A stretch of DNA of 64,000 bases. Source: an uncultured Acidobacteriota bacterium. GTDB lineage: Bacteria; Acidobacteriota; Polarisedimenticolia; JACPZX01; DASXTC01. The number at the start of each line of letters is the position of its first letter. Positions within the stretch are counted from its first letter, which is position 1. The translations under genes were made by a program, and so were the position numbers. Shown in pieces: positions 55,885 to 64,000 of this stretch. The stretch lies in contig CAWDYA010000010.1 of NCBI GenBank assembly GCA_963806495.1, positions 130,971-194,970 on the forward strand, given 5' to 3'. The notes below the pieces were generated by a model. That model searched no databases and was not told where the DNA came from. It saw only the letters and a program-made list of their open reading frames with translations.

Positions 55885-56502
55885 TTGAGCGACGAACACT
55901 GGGAACGGATCAGGGAGCACTTCCCTGAAGAGAACATTCCTGACGGCCGCCCTGGCCGAAAGCCGATCCCGACACGCAGCGTGCTCGAGGCGGTTCTCTG
56001 GATCCTGAACACCGGCGCCCAGTGGCACATGCTCCCGCAGTGCTACCCGAGCTACAAGACCGTTCATCGCCACTTCCAGAACTGGTGTCGCAACGAAGTT
56101 CTTCGCTCCGTCCTGACCGACCTCGCCAACGGGTTGCGCGATGAGGGAGTCATCGACGAGCGCGAGAGCTTCATCGACGCGACGTTCGCCTCGGCGAAGG
56201 GCGGCGGTGAAGGCATCGGCCCCACGAAACGCGGCAAGGGCGTGAAGATCATGGGGATCGTCGATCGTCATGGTTTGCCTCTGGTGGTCAGTACGCACGC
56301 GGCGAATCATCATGAAGTCACGCTGGTCCAGCTGACGTTTGACTTCTACATGATCGAGGCCAGGCCTGAGACACTGATCGGCGATCGGGCGTACGACAGC
56401 GACAAGCTCAATACTCTCCCTCCAGTTTCGTGGGTCGCCAGTTCCCCAAGGAGATCGGACACGGTTGCGCCTACCTCTCACCACGCTGTCACCCTGGGGT
56501 AG
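55885..56502 (+). pseudogene. IS5-family transposase fragment (DUF4096 N-domain + DDE up to the second Asp; C-terminal ~45% missing)
   Basis: 'HWERIREHFPEE...GRPGRKPIPTRSVLEAVLWILNTGAQWHMLP' (IS5 N-terminal domain), 'LIGDRAYDSDKL' (DDE region). No frame downstream continues the expected '...IAPHRSNR...' region. Confidence 0.7.
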
Positions 56503-56576
56503 AAGATCAGGCAGGAGCCGTCCTGTAACTCATTGAAATAAAAGGGGCGGTCCCTGCTCTCGTGTCGCGCAGCGAC

Positions 56577-56621
56577 CTGCGAATCAGAAGGTCGGGTGTC
56601 CGAATCACCCAGGGGCCACCA
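56577..56621 (+). repeat. direct repeat of the tRNA-Arg 3' half (attR-like) marking the distal island boundary
   Basis: 'ctgcgaatcagaaggtcgggtgtccgaatcacccaggggccacca' versus tRNA 'ctacgaatcagaaggtcgggtgttcgaatcacccagggcccacca' (3 mismatches). No matching 5' half, so it is not a second tRNA. Confidence 0.7.
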
Positions 56622-57117
56622 CCACCCACCCGTGCCGGGGGCCTGGTTCGCCCATGAGGCGACCCGGCCTGTTTCCCAGGAGCTCCCCGGGCCCGGGCAG
56701 GCTCCGAACGCATGAAAGGGTCTCTGCCGCGCTGCGGTCCGCGAATTCCTGCCATGATTCACCGGGGACCCGCCTCGTTATCCACGTATACACTTCGCCA
56801 CCTCTGCGGCTTTGCCGGGCCAGGGGTTGCCAGTCCCCGAACTCGGAGGTAGCCCACCAGATCTCCCCGCCGAGAATCGCCAGCTCGCGATGGGAGAGTT
56901 CCTTGATGAGTCGGGGTACCTGCCTCCGGGGCCAGCCGAACCTACCGGAAGACGATCGGACTGCCGTACGTGCGATTGCGTCCAACGTCATGCCGTACTC
57001 GCTGGCGAACGTTGGCGTTTGGTGGGAACCGCGGCGGCCGAAAGCACGGAGGGAGTCCGCGCCGCGCCCGAACGCGCGCCGTCGGGTTGAGGCTGCGGTT
57101 CGGCAGAGAGTGGGACG

Positions 57118-57714
57118 TTATGGTTTGCCCGATTCAACTGCCAATCGCAGGTCATTGAATGAATTTGCCGGGAACCCATGCTGAACCCACTCCTTCTGAC
57201 AGCCTTCGATGCCCCGTCTTCTCTCGAGATCCTCGAGGCCTCGCGGGAGGGTAGGGCAGAATTCCTGCGTCGAGCAGGACCCGCTGAGCAGGACCTTGCC
57301 CTCATGATCCGGGCGTTGACAATCCATGCCGGGAAATTCGAGCAGGTGCAAATCGAGAACGCCCGGACGGAGTTGCTCGAACACCCAGCGATACTCCCGC
57401 GGCTCCTCGATGGACGAGGCACGCTCGGAGCCCGCGTCCCTGGAAAGCCGGACCGCGGCCGACACCAGGTCACCCAGCGCGTCTGAGACATGTGAGGCGG
57501 TCACGGTCACCTCCTGTCCGCCCGGCGAAAGCGTGCAGACCGCCCATCCGACACCGTCGAGTTCATACCTGATCCGGACCTCCAGGTTCGCCTCGTGATC
57601 ATCTCCGCGGGAGTTGGAATCCAAAGGACCCGGAGTCCACCGGGCGGATGGGTTGGCTCGCCCGCAAGAGACACAACGCCCGAGGTGACCCTCCTCGAAC
57701 GTCTCCACGGGCAA
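57118..57714 (-). CDS. hypothetical protein (coding strand uncertain; a 102-aa ORF overlaps on the + strand)
   Basis: 198-aa ORF with TTG start, GC3 ~78%, varied composition (MPVETFEEGHLGRCVSCGR...EFPGMDCQRPDHEGKV...). No recognisable domain; lies between the island attR and the Kelch gene. Confidence 0.3.
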   Translation of the reverse strand: MPVETFEEGHLGRCVSCGRANPSARWTPGPLDSNSRGDDHEANLEVRIRYELDGVGWAVCTLSPGGQEVTVTASHVSDALGDLVSAAVRLSRDAGSERASSIEEPREYRWVFEQLRPGVLDLHLLEFPGMDCQRPDHEGKVLLSGSCSTQEFCPTLPRGLEDLERRRGIEGCQKEWVQHGFPANSFNDLRLAVESGKP

Positions 57715-57743
57715 CCCGGCATGAATGTCATGGCGCTGCGGGC

Positions 57744-60700
57744 CTACGGGCAGGCCGGGATGTCCGCATCGGCGGCAGGCGGGCCCCAGGTAGCCGTCCC
57801 GCAGTCGTTGCGCGCGCGGGCGAGGTACCAGAAGACCTCACCGGGCGCGGGAGCGGCCCGGCCATCGTCGTACCAGGCGGACCCGCCGGCCACCAGGCAG
57901 GTCCCGCTCGTGAAGTCCAGCGCCGCCGAGGCCACCAGGGTGCCCGAGAACAGATCGTACGTGGTTGCCGGCCCCGCGATCAGATCCTGCGCGTCCCAGG
58001 AGAGCGGCGTGGGCGTCGTCACTTCGAGGGTCATGCCCGACACCTCGTCCGGCTCGTGCCATACGGTCGGGTCGCCATCGTCGCAGTCATCGCCGCCGCA
58101 GAGCCCGTCGGGGTGCGTATCGGCATCGTCGTCTCTCGCATTCCCCGGAGCGCAGATGCCCGACGCGCACATGTCGGCGACAGTGCAGGCATCGCCGTCC
58201 GAGCACGCCGTCCCGTCCGGGACGACCGGATTGACACAGCCGCGCGCTGCGCCGCAGACATCCGACGTGCAGTCGTCTCCGTCCGAGCAGTACAAGGCCG
58301 CCCCGTCGTCCTGGATCCCGTCGCAGTCGTCGTCGATCCCGTTGCACACCTCCGTCGCGCCAGGATGGACGTCCCATCGCGCGTCGTTGCAATCACCGTC
58401 GCACGGCGTCCAGCCGTCCCCATCCGTGTCCGCGTAAACATCGGGGAAGAAAAGGGCGTCGCCGACCCCCATCGCGGAGCCGGTCCAGATGGCGTGGCCG
58501 GTGGCGGGAGGCGCGGCATCGGACGACACACCCATCCAGCTGCCACTGCCCGGAGAATACCGCCCGCCCTGCCCCGGGCCGTCGTAGACGATCATCGAGC
58601 TGCCGGTCCAGACCGCCGTGTGCCCGGACATCGCCGGCGGCGGCGTTCCCGCCGTGCCGAGCGCCTGCCAGGTGTCACCGGGCGGGCTGTAGCTCGCGCC
58701 GTCCGACAGCGGCGAGCAGTACGGGCCGCCGCTGCAGACACCGCCACCCCAGACGATCATCCGGGAACCGGTCCAGACCGCGGTGTGCATGTACCGGTCG
58801 CTCGGAGCGTTGGTCGCCGAGATCGGCGACCAGGTGTTGGTGGCCGGGTAATAGGCGGCGCCGTCGTTCAGGGTCGGATAGCCGAGGGGGATGTCGCCCG
58901 AGACGCCTCCCCAGATGATCATCCGCGTGCCGGTCCAGACAGCCGAGTGGTACGCACGGGGCATGAGACCGCTGGCGGCGATCGGGCTCCAGGAGTTTGT
59001 CTCCGGGTCGAACGAATAGCCGTCATCGAGAGCGAGGTAATCGCTGCCGTACCACCCGCCCCATACGATCATCCGCGTGCCGGTCCAGACTGCGGTGTGC
59101 CCCTCGCGCGTGACCGGCGCTCCCATCTGTGAGATGGCCGTCCAGGAATCGGTGACCGGGTCGTAGATGCCGCCCATGCCGGCCCCCGGATAGTCTGTAA
59201 TGCTGCCACCCCACACGATCATCTTCGAGCCCGTCCAGATCGACGTGTAGTCCCTCAGAAACGGCGGTGCTCCCATCGAGGAGATTGGCGTCGAGGTGCC
59301 GGTCGCCGGATCGTAGGTGAACCCTCCCCCCGTGTACGGAGACCAGGAGATCGAGAGACTGCCCGTCCAGACCTGTCCGAAGCCCTTGACCGGGTAAGAG
59401 AAGATCGTCGTCCACGACCCGCCGCCCGGGTCGTACCTGCCGCCGTCAGCCAGCACCGTGCCGTGGTCGAGCCCACCCCAGATCAGGAGCCGGGAGCCGG
59501 TCCACACGGCATCCGGGAGCCTGCGCGACGACGGCGCCCCCATCGCCGTCAGGGAGGACCAGGAATCCATCGCGGGATCGTACCGGTAGCCGTCGTTCGT
59601 TTCACCGCCGACGACAAGGCTGCCGCCCCAGACGACCAGCGCGTCGTCGATCCACGCTACCGCGGGATCGTATCGCGCCGCCGGGGCTCCATCGAGCGAG
59701 ATCGCGGCCCAATCGTCGGTCGCCGGACGATAACGCGCTCCCGTGTTGACCCTCGTCGTCGTGGTGGTACCTCCGTACACGATCATCTCGGTTCCGCTCC
59801 AGACGGCGGCGTGCTGCCTGCGTGCATCGGGCGCGTCGACGCTCGTCATCGGCTCCCAGGTGTCCATAACCGGGTCGTACCGGGCGCCATCGTCGCTCAG
59901 GCCGGACTGCGTGCTGCCTCCCCAGACGATCATCCGACTGCCGGTCCAGACCGCGGAGTGCTGGGACCTGGGTGAGGGCGCGCCTGTCGTCGAAACGGGA
60001 GACCAGGTGTCCGAGACCGGATCGTAGCCGGCACCGGTGTCGAGCCGGGTCGGGCTGGAATAGCCTCCCCAGACGATCATCCGCGTGCCGGTCCAGACTG
60101 CTGTCGCCTCCATCCGGCCTGCCGGGGCCCCCGACAGGCTCGTCGGCGCCCAGGTATCGGTCACAGGGTCGTAGACCCCACCCGTGTCGAAGAGATCCGA
60201 CGTGTATTGGCCGTAGCCGCCCCACACGATCATGCGGTCTCCGGTCCACACCGCCAGTGGGTACCGCCGGGCTGCAGGCGCATCGACGTCGCTGATCGGG
60301 AACCAGGCGTCGATGACCGGATCGTAACGGCCGCCCGTGCCGAGAGGGCCGTTGGTATCCGTCCCGCCCCACACGATCATCTGCGACCCGGTCCAGACCA
60401 CGGCCGCGCCGTAGCGTGGCGAGGGGACGTTGTCGAACCCGACCGGGGCCCAGACCCCTTCCGTCGAGCAGCCCGCGAGGGGCGAGGCGGACGAGCCGGC
60501 CGGCTCGGGCAGATGCATCGGTTCGGCGACGGTTGGCACCGTGTCCCCGTCGAACCGGTCCCGGGCGGCACGCCACCATCGATCCCATCCGACCGGAGTT
60601 GCCCCGGGGCGCGGGGACGTACCATCCGGCGGGTCGGAGACGAACTTCTCACGCAGCAGCCGTTGTGCGAGCGCGGGACGGGCGAGGCATTCCTGTATCA

Positions 60701-61058
60701 GGATCGGATCGTCGTCCAACGCATGGTAGATCTCGCGCAGGCGATCCGGCATGCGCGTCTGCGAGGCCATCCTCTCGACCTCGGCGCGCAGCATCTGCGG
60801 CGTGATCGTGACGTGCCAGACCGCCTCGAGGGCCGCGCTCTTCTCCAGATAGGACCGGACCCTGGCTTCGAGGACTGCTGAGGGGATCGGGTACCGGGCC
60901 GTGTCCTGAGCCGCCGCGTCATGCGCCTGGTAGACGTTTTCAATCGCACGCTGGGCGTCGACCCGTTGCCGGAAGGTGATCTCGGGTGTGTCGCCCGCCG
61001 CGCCCATCAGAATCGGCAACGTACATCCGATCAGTACCGCGGTGACCTGTCGATTCAT
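57744..61058 (-). CDS. giant secreted Kelch-repeat protein (~14 blades, two beta-propellers) with C-terminal MopE-like Cys/Asp-rich putative metal-binding repeats
   Basis: Signal peptide (MNRQVTAVLIGCTLPILMGAAG), ~200-aa helical N-domain, then ~14 repeats of '[ST]AVWTG[ST]RMIVWGG...DG.RYDP..D.W' (Kelch/galactose-oxidase-like). Followed by 'DTDGDGWTPCDGDCNDARWDVHPGATEVCNGIDDDCDG' and two further Cys-rich repeats. Start position +-1 nt uncertain; the ORF track extends to 61109. Confidence 0.8.
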   Translation of the reverse strand: MNRQVTAVLIGCTLPILMGAAGDTPEITFRQRVDAQRAIENVYQAHDAAAQDTARYPIPSAVLEARVRSYLEKSAALEAVWHVTITPQMLRAEVERMASQTRMPDRLREIYHALDDDPILIQECLARPALAQRLLREKFVSDPPDGTSPRPGATPVGWDRWWRAARDRFDGDTVPTVAEPMHLPEPAGSSASPLAGCSTEGVWAPVGFDNVPSPRYGAAVVWTGSQMIVWGGTDTNGPLGTGGRYDPVIDAWFPISDVDAPAARRYPLAVWTGDRMIVWGGYGQYTSDLFDTGGVYDPVTDTWAPTSLSGAPAGRMEATAVWTGTRMIVWGGYSSPTRLDTGAGYDPVSDTWSPVSTTGAPSPRSQHSAVWTGSRMIVWGGSTQSGLSDDGARYDPVMDTWEPMTSVDAPDARRQHAAVWSGTEMIVYGGTTTTTRVNTGARYRPATDDWAAISLDGAPAARYDPAVAWIDDALVVWGGSLVVGGETNDGYRYDPAMDSWSSLTAMGAPSSRRLPDAVWTGSRLLIWGGLDHGTVLADGGRYDPGGGSWTTIFSYPVKGFGQVWTGSLSISWSPYTGGGFTYDPATGTSTPISSMGAPPFLRDYTSIWTGSKMIVWGGSITDYPGAGMGGIYDPVTDSWTAISQMGAPVTREGHTAVWTGTRMIVWGGWYGSDYLALDDGYSFDPETNSWSPIAASGLMPRAYHSAVWTGTRMIIWGGVSGDIPLGYPTLNDGAAYYPATNTWSPISATNAPSDRYMHTAVWTGSRMIVWGGGVCSGGPYCSPLSDGASYSPPGDTWQALGTAGTPPPAMSGHTAVWTGSSMIVYDGPGQGGRYSPGSGSWMGVSSDAAPPATGHAIWTGSAMGVGDALFFPDVYADTDGDGWTPCDGDCNDARWDVHPGATEVCNGIDDDCDGIQDDGAALYCSDGDDCTSDVCGAARGCVNPVVPDGTACSDGDACTVADMCASGICAPGNARDDDADTHPDGLCGGDDCDDGDPTVWHEPDEVSGMTLEVTTPTPLSWDAQDLIAGPATTYDLFSGTLVASAALDFTSGTCLVAGGSAWYDDGRAAPAPGEVFWYLARARNDCGTATWGPPAADADIPACP

Positions 61059-61179
61059 GCCATCCCTCCTCGTCGGTCGGCCGCGACGGGGTCGGGTGGG
61101 GGGATTCAATCGGGCTACGGACAGAATACGCCGTTTTCATCGCCCAGGCACGGAAAAATGTCGGATGAGGAGAGGAGGC

Positions 61180-63845
61180 TTACCGCCGCTTCAGCGCCGC
61201 GCCCCAGTTCGTCACCAGCGTCAGCTCGGGAGCCATCCCGGCTCCGGTCGGCACCGGGGCCAGGATCCGCTTGCGATCCGGGCTCATCGCGAACGCGGAT
61301 GAGGGCAGCGAGTTGCCGCCGAAGAGCGTCTTCGTGGAGCCGATCCGCAGCGTATCGCCGCTCGGATCGACGTCGACGACCATCAGCTTGTTTTCGGGGG
61401 TGGTGTAGTAGATGGAGCGGCCGTCGGCGCTCCAGAAGCTGAGGCCGGCTTCGGAGGAGGAGACCTGCCACTTGGCGGCGAAGCTCGGGTAGGGGGCCAC
61501 GAACAGCTCCGGCCGCCCCGACTCGTCCGAGATCCAGGAGAACCACCGGCCGTCGGGAGAGTAACGCCCCACCTGTTCGTTGTACTGCGTGCTCACCAGC
61601 GGGCGCAGCTTGGCGTCCGGCGAGGCGTCGACCTCCGCGACGTCGAAGCCCGCCTTCCCGTGCTGCCACATCAGCGCGATCGACTTGCCGTCGGGCGACC
61701 AGCTCGTGGGGAGGGCGGGCTGGCCGCCCTCGGAGTAAATCGTCTTCGCCTCCTCCGCGCCGTCGCTCGACCGCATCCAGACGGTCCCCTGCGCGTCGCC
61801 GTACGCCAGGGCCTTCCCGTCGGGCGACCAGATTGGGAAGGCACCGGGCGCCGGCCCGAAGGTGAAGCGTGTTCCCACGCCCCGGTTCAGGTCGAACGTC
61901 CACAGATCCAGCCGGCCGTCAGCCGCACGGATTGACAGCGCCGCGCGGCCGCCGTCGGGTGAGATGTCGAGCGGAGCACCCTCGAAGATTGAGTAGGTCC
62001 CGTCGCTGAGCTGGCCGATCTCCCTGACCCTGGAGGTCGAACCAGGTGAGCCGCGACCCCGAAGCGAGCCCTCCCGTCCGATACAGCAGCAGCCCCGTTC
62101 CCGACACCGTGTAGGCACCGGTCCACCGGTACGGGTTGAAGTCGACCTTCTCGGCGATCGGCGAGGCCTCACCGGTGGTCTTCAGCGTGCCGGCGTCGAA
62201 CGGCTGGGCCATCAGGTTGCCGTCGCGCACGAACACCAGGTAGCCGGGGTCGACATAGATCCCCTCGCTGTCCTCGTTGGCGACCAGGGTGGTCTCGCCG
62301 GTCTCGAGATCGAGCGAGTGTATCCCGTTGCCTTCCGCTCCGGGACCGGTCCCGGAGAAGTAGAGCAGGTGTCGCCCGTCGGGCAGGAAGTGGGGATTGC
62401 GATTCGAGATGGTCTCGCTGTCGACCTTGGTGACCGGTGCCGGCGTGCCGCCCGAGGCGGAGACCTGCATCAGATCCCCGAACGGGGCGGGTGCAAACAC
62501 GATCACGCCGGCCTGGCTCCAGGACGCGCCCCGCCCGTCGAGCGCATCGCAGATCGACTGCACCGCGCCGCCCGCGGCCGGGACACGCTTGAGCTTCCGG
62601 TCGGCGAAGAACGCGAGATTGCTCCCGTCGGGCGACCAGGTCGGGTAGGTGGCCCCGCTGGTGCCGGCGAGCGGCTGCGCCGTGAGGCTGTCGAGCGGCC
62701 GCACGAAGATTTGCTGCCGTCCGCCCTCCCCCGACGCCGTGTATGCCGCCCGTGTCCCGTCGGGCGAAAGCGCCAGCGCGGTGTTCTGGTTGTCCAGGGC
62801 CGTGCCGAGCGGCAGCACCAGGCTGGCCCGGATGGTGGGGGTTGCCGGCGGCGCGGGCGCGTGCAGCATCCAGCCGAGCCCCAGCATCACCGCCGCCATC
62901 ACCCCGTAGCCGCGACTGACGAGCCAGAGGGGGACACGTCTGCCGAGGGGGCGGCGCCGCGGCGGCGCCCGCAACGCCACGCCGCCTGCGATCGGCCGCG
63001 GCGACCCACTCCAGCTCGCGCCGCAGGTCGCCCGCTCTGCCATCGCCCTCGTCCGGATTCTTCGCCAGGCACTGGCGGATGACCCGGATCGAAGCCGGCC
63101 GGGCTCATCGGGTGCATCTCGGTGAGCGGGCGCGGCTCCTCTTTCAGGATTGACGCGATGAGCGAGGCCTGCGTCCTTCCCTCGAACGCCTTCTCCCCGC
63201 CACCATCTCGTAAAGGACCGTGCCGAAGGCGAAGATATCGCTGCGCGGGTCGGCCTCGCGCCCCTCGAGCTGCTCGGGCGCCATGTACTGGAAGGTGCCG
63301 ACGATGGAGCCTTCAGCCGTGAGCGGCCCGGCCATCGTGGGTGACGCCGTGAGCGCCGTCGGCGCGTTGGAGGCGAGCCCCTTGGCCAGACCGAAGTCCA
63401 GCAGCTTGGTGCCCGAGCGGGTGATCATGACATTGCCGGGCTTGAGATCGCGATGGATGATCCCGTCGCGGTGGGCGCGATCGAGAGCGTCGGCGATCCG
63501 ATGCCGTACTTGATGGCCTGTGAGGGAGGAATCGGCCCCTTCTCGAGCTTCTGCGCCAGTGTCTCCCCGTCGAGGAACTCCATCACCAGGTAGTCGACCC
63601 TCCTGGTTGCCGATGTCGAACAGGGAGCAGATGTGCGGATGGTTGAGGCTGGAGACCGCGCGCGCTTCGCGCTCGAAACGCTGGCGAAGCTGCGGGTTGC
63701 CCGACATGTGGCCGGGAAGGACTTTCACCGCGACGGTGCGGTCGAGGCGGGTGTCGGTGGCCTTGTAGACCTCGCCCATGCCGCCCGCGCCGATCGGGCC
63801 TTCGATCGCATACGGGCCGAGCTTCGTTCCCGGTGTCAGCGTCAT
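61180..63845 (-). pseudogene. Ser/Thr protein kinase with C-terminal TolB-like PD40 beta-propeller, interrupted by >=4 single-base frameshifts (probable sequencing indels, or a pseudogene)
   Basis: Kinase: '[12 protein letters not shown]', 'VAVKVL', '[11 protein letters not shown]', 'DFGLAK', 'GTFQYMAPE' (63144..63845). Compensating +1/-1 shifts near 63600 and 63497 restore '[22 protein letters not shown]'. Further shifts lie between 63190 and 62950 and near 62025. TM 'VMAAVMLGLGWMLH', then PD40 repeats ('LALSPDGTRAAYT', 'YPTWSPDGSNLAF', 'PIWSPDGKALAYG', 'SWSPDGKSIAL', 'RYSPDGRWFSW'). Confidence 0.75.
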
Positions 63846-63904
63846 GGCGTGCTCAGGTTAGCAGACATGGCTGGCACCGGGAACGGTTCCCCATATTGTG
63901 GGTG

Positions 63905-64000
63905 CTACTCGAGCACCTTCACCACCACCCGCCGGTTCTGGGCGCGGCCGTCTCTCGTGGAGTTGTCGGCGACGGGCTGCGTCTCGCCATAGGAGATGAT
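63905..64000 (-). CDS. OmpA-family protein, C-terminal end only (gene starts beyond window end)
   Basis: Reverse translation 'IISYGETQPVADNSTRDGRAQNRRVVVKVLE*' matches the conserved OmpA_C terminus (...G.S.P.A.N.T..GRA.NRRV...). Confidence 0.55.
   Translation of the reverse strand: MISYGETQPVADNSTRDGRAQNRRVVVKVLE

Larger units (their letters stand above)
53206..56621. mobile_element. degenerate integrated element (genomic island remnant) at the 3' end of tRNA-Arg, bounded by a 45-bp direct repeat of the tRNA 3' half
   Basis: Truncated tyrosine integrase directly 3' of the tRNA, cargo gene with visibly lower GC and A/T-ending codons, IS5-family transposase fragment, and a tRNA 3'-half repeat at 56577..56621. 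Confidence 0.65.

Noticed and set aside
56560-56625. Possible second tRNA gene
   Set aside because: Only the 3' half (anticodon-stem 3' strand, variable loop, T arm, acceptor 3' strand) matches tRNA-Arg. There is no complementary 5' acceptor or D arm upstream, so it is an attachment-site repeat, not a tRNA.
57648-60588. Several 300-500-aa ORFs (57648..59132 +, 59602..60588 -, 59463..59975 +, etc.)
   Set aside because: All are alternative frames or antisense of the Kelch-repeat gene. The DNA-level tandem repeats produce long stop-free stretches in every frame. Only the frame giving the 'AVWTGSRMIVWGG' repeats shows protein-like composition.
1-64000. CRISPR arrays, rRNA genes, large direct or inverted repeat families
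   Set aside because: No regularly spaced short repeats were seen. The only notable repeats are the tRNA 3'-half direct repeat and the in-gene Kelch tandem repeats.

Overview
This is a high-GC (roughly 68-70%) bacterial chromosomal segment. The third codon position is strongly G/C-biased and about 55 genes are tightly packed, many with ATGA or TGATG stop/start overlaps. The gene content suggests an Acidobacteriota-, Gemmatimonadota- or Myxococcota-like organism: Ser/Thr kinases with TPR or TolB-like PD40 propellers, a 14-blade Kelch protein with MopE-like Cys-rich repeats, and many secreted or membrane peptidases (SppA, M50, M1, M14, M10 matrixin). Because of the GC content the supplied ORF track contains many long spurious ORFs, which are antisense or out-of-frame, Arg/Ala/Gly/Pro-rich, or fusion ORFs; these were discarded after reading the proteins. 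The main genes, in order: (1) a minus-strand, translationally coupled four-gene operon DEAD-box RNA helicase -> MoxR/CoxD AAA+ ATPase -> CoxE-like VWA protein -> RNase II-family exoribonuclease (the last found by manual translation and running off the window start); (2) a HEAT-repeat protein, SppA, DUF309 and two thioredoxin-fold proteins; (3) a MacA-ATPase-FtsX-FtsX efflux operon; (4) an ACC-deaminase-family PLP enzyme coupled to DUF2085, then HAD hydrolase, FAD oxidoreductase and DnaJ; (5) a bifunctional HMT/MTHFR (YitJ-like) coupled to a KefB-like CPA2 antiporter; (6) M50 protease, diheme cytochrome c, M1 aminopeptidase plus a membrane partner, and a 1195-aa zinc-ribbon/kinase/TPR protein; (7) PtsN, a Zn-ribbon protein, HU, an M14 peptidase, pterin dehydratase, a second MacA-FtsX pair, ornithine cyclodeaminase, and a TPM/DUF948/YtxH trio; (8) a response regulator (HTH_17-REC) with a multi-PAS hybrid histidine kinase, and a secreted protein coupled to a matrixin; (9) cupin, ferredoxin and tRNA-Arg(ACG) followed by a degenerate ~3.4 kb integrated island (truncated integrase, lower-GC DUF1254/DUF1214 cargo, IS5 transposase fragment, 45-bp tRNA 3'-half direct repeat); (10) a giant Kelch/Cys-rich protein, a PD40-propeller Ser/Thr kinase and a partial OmpA-like gene. 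At least six genes carry single-base frameshifts, mostly at short G/C/A runs and including one compensating +1/-1 pair, which looks more like consensus indel error than real pseudogenisation. No CRISPR array or rRNA was seen.
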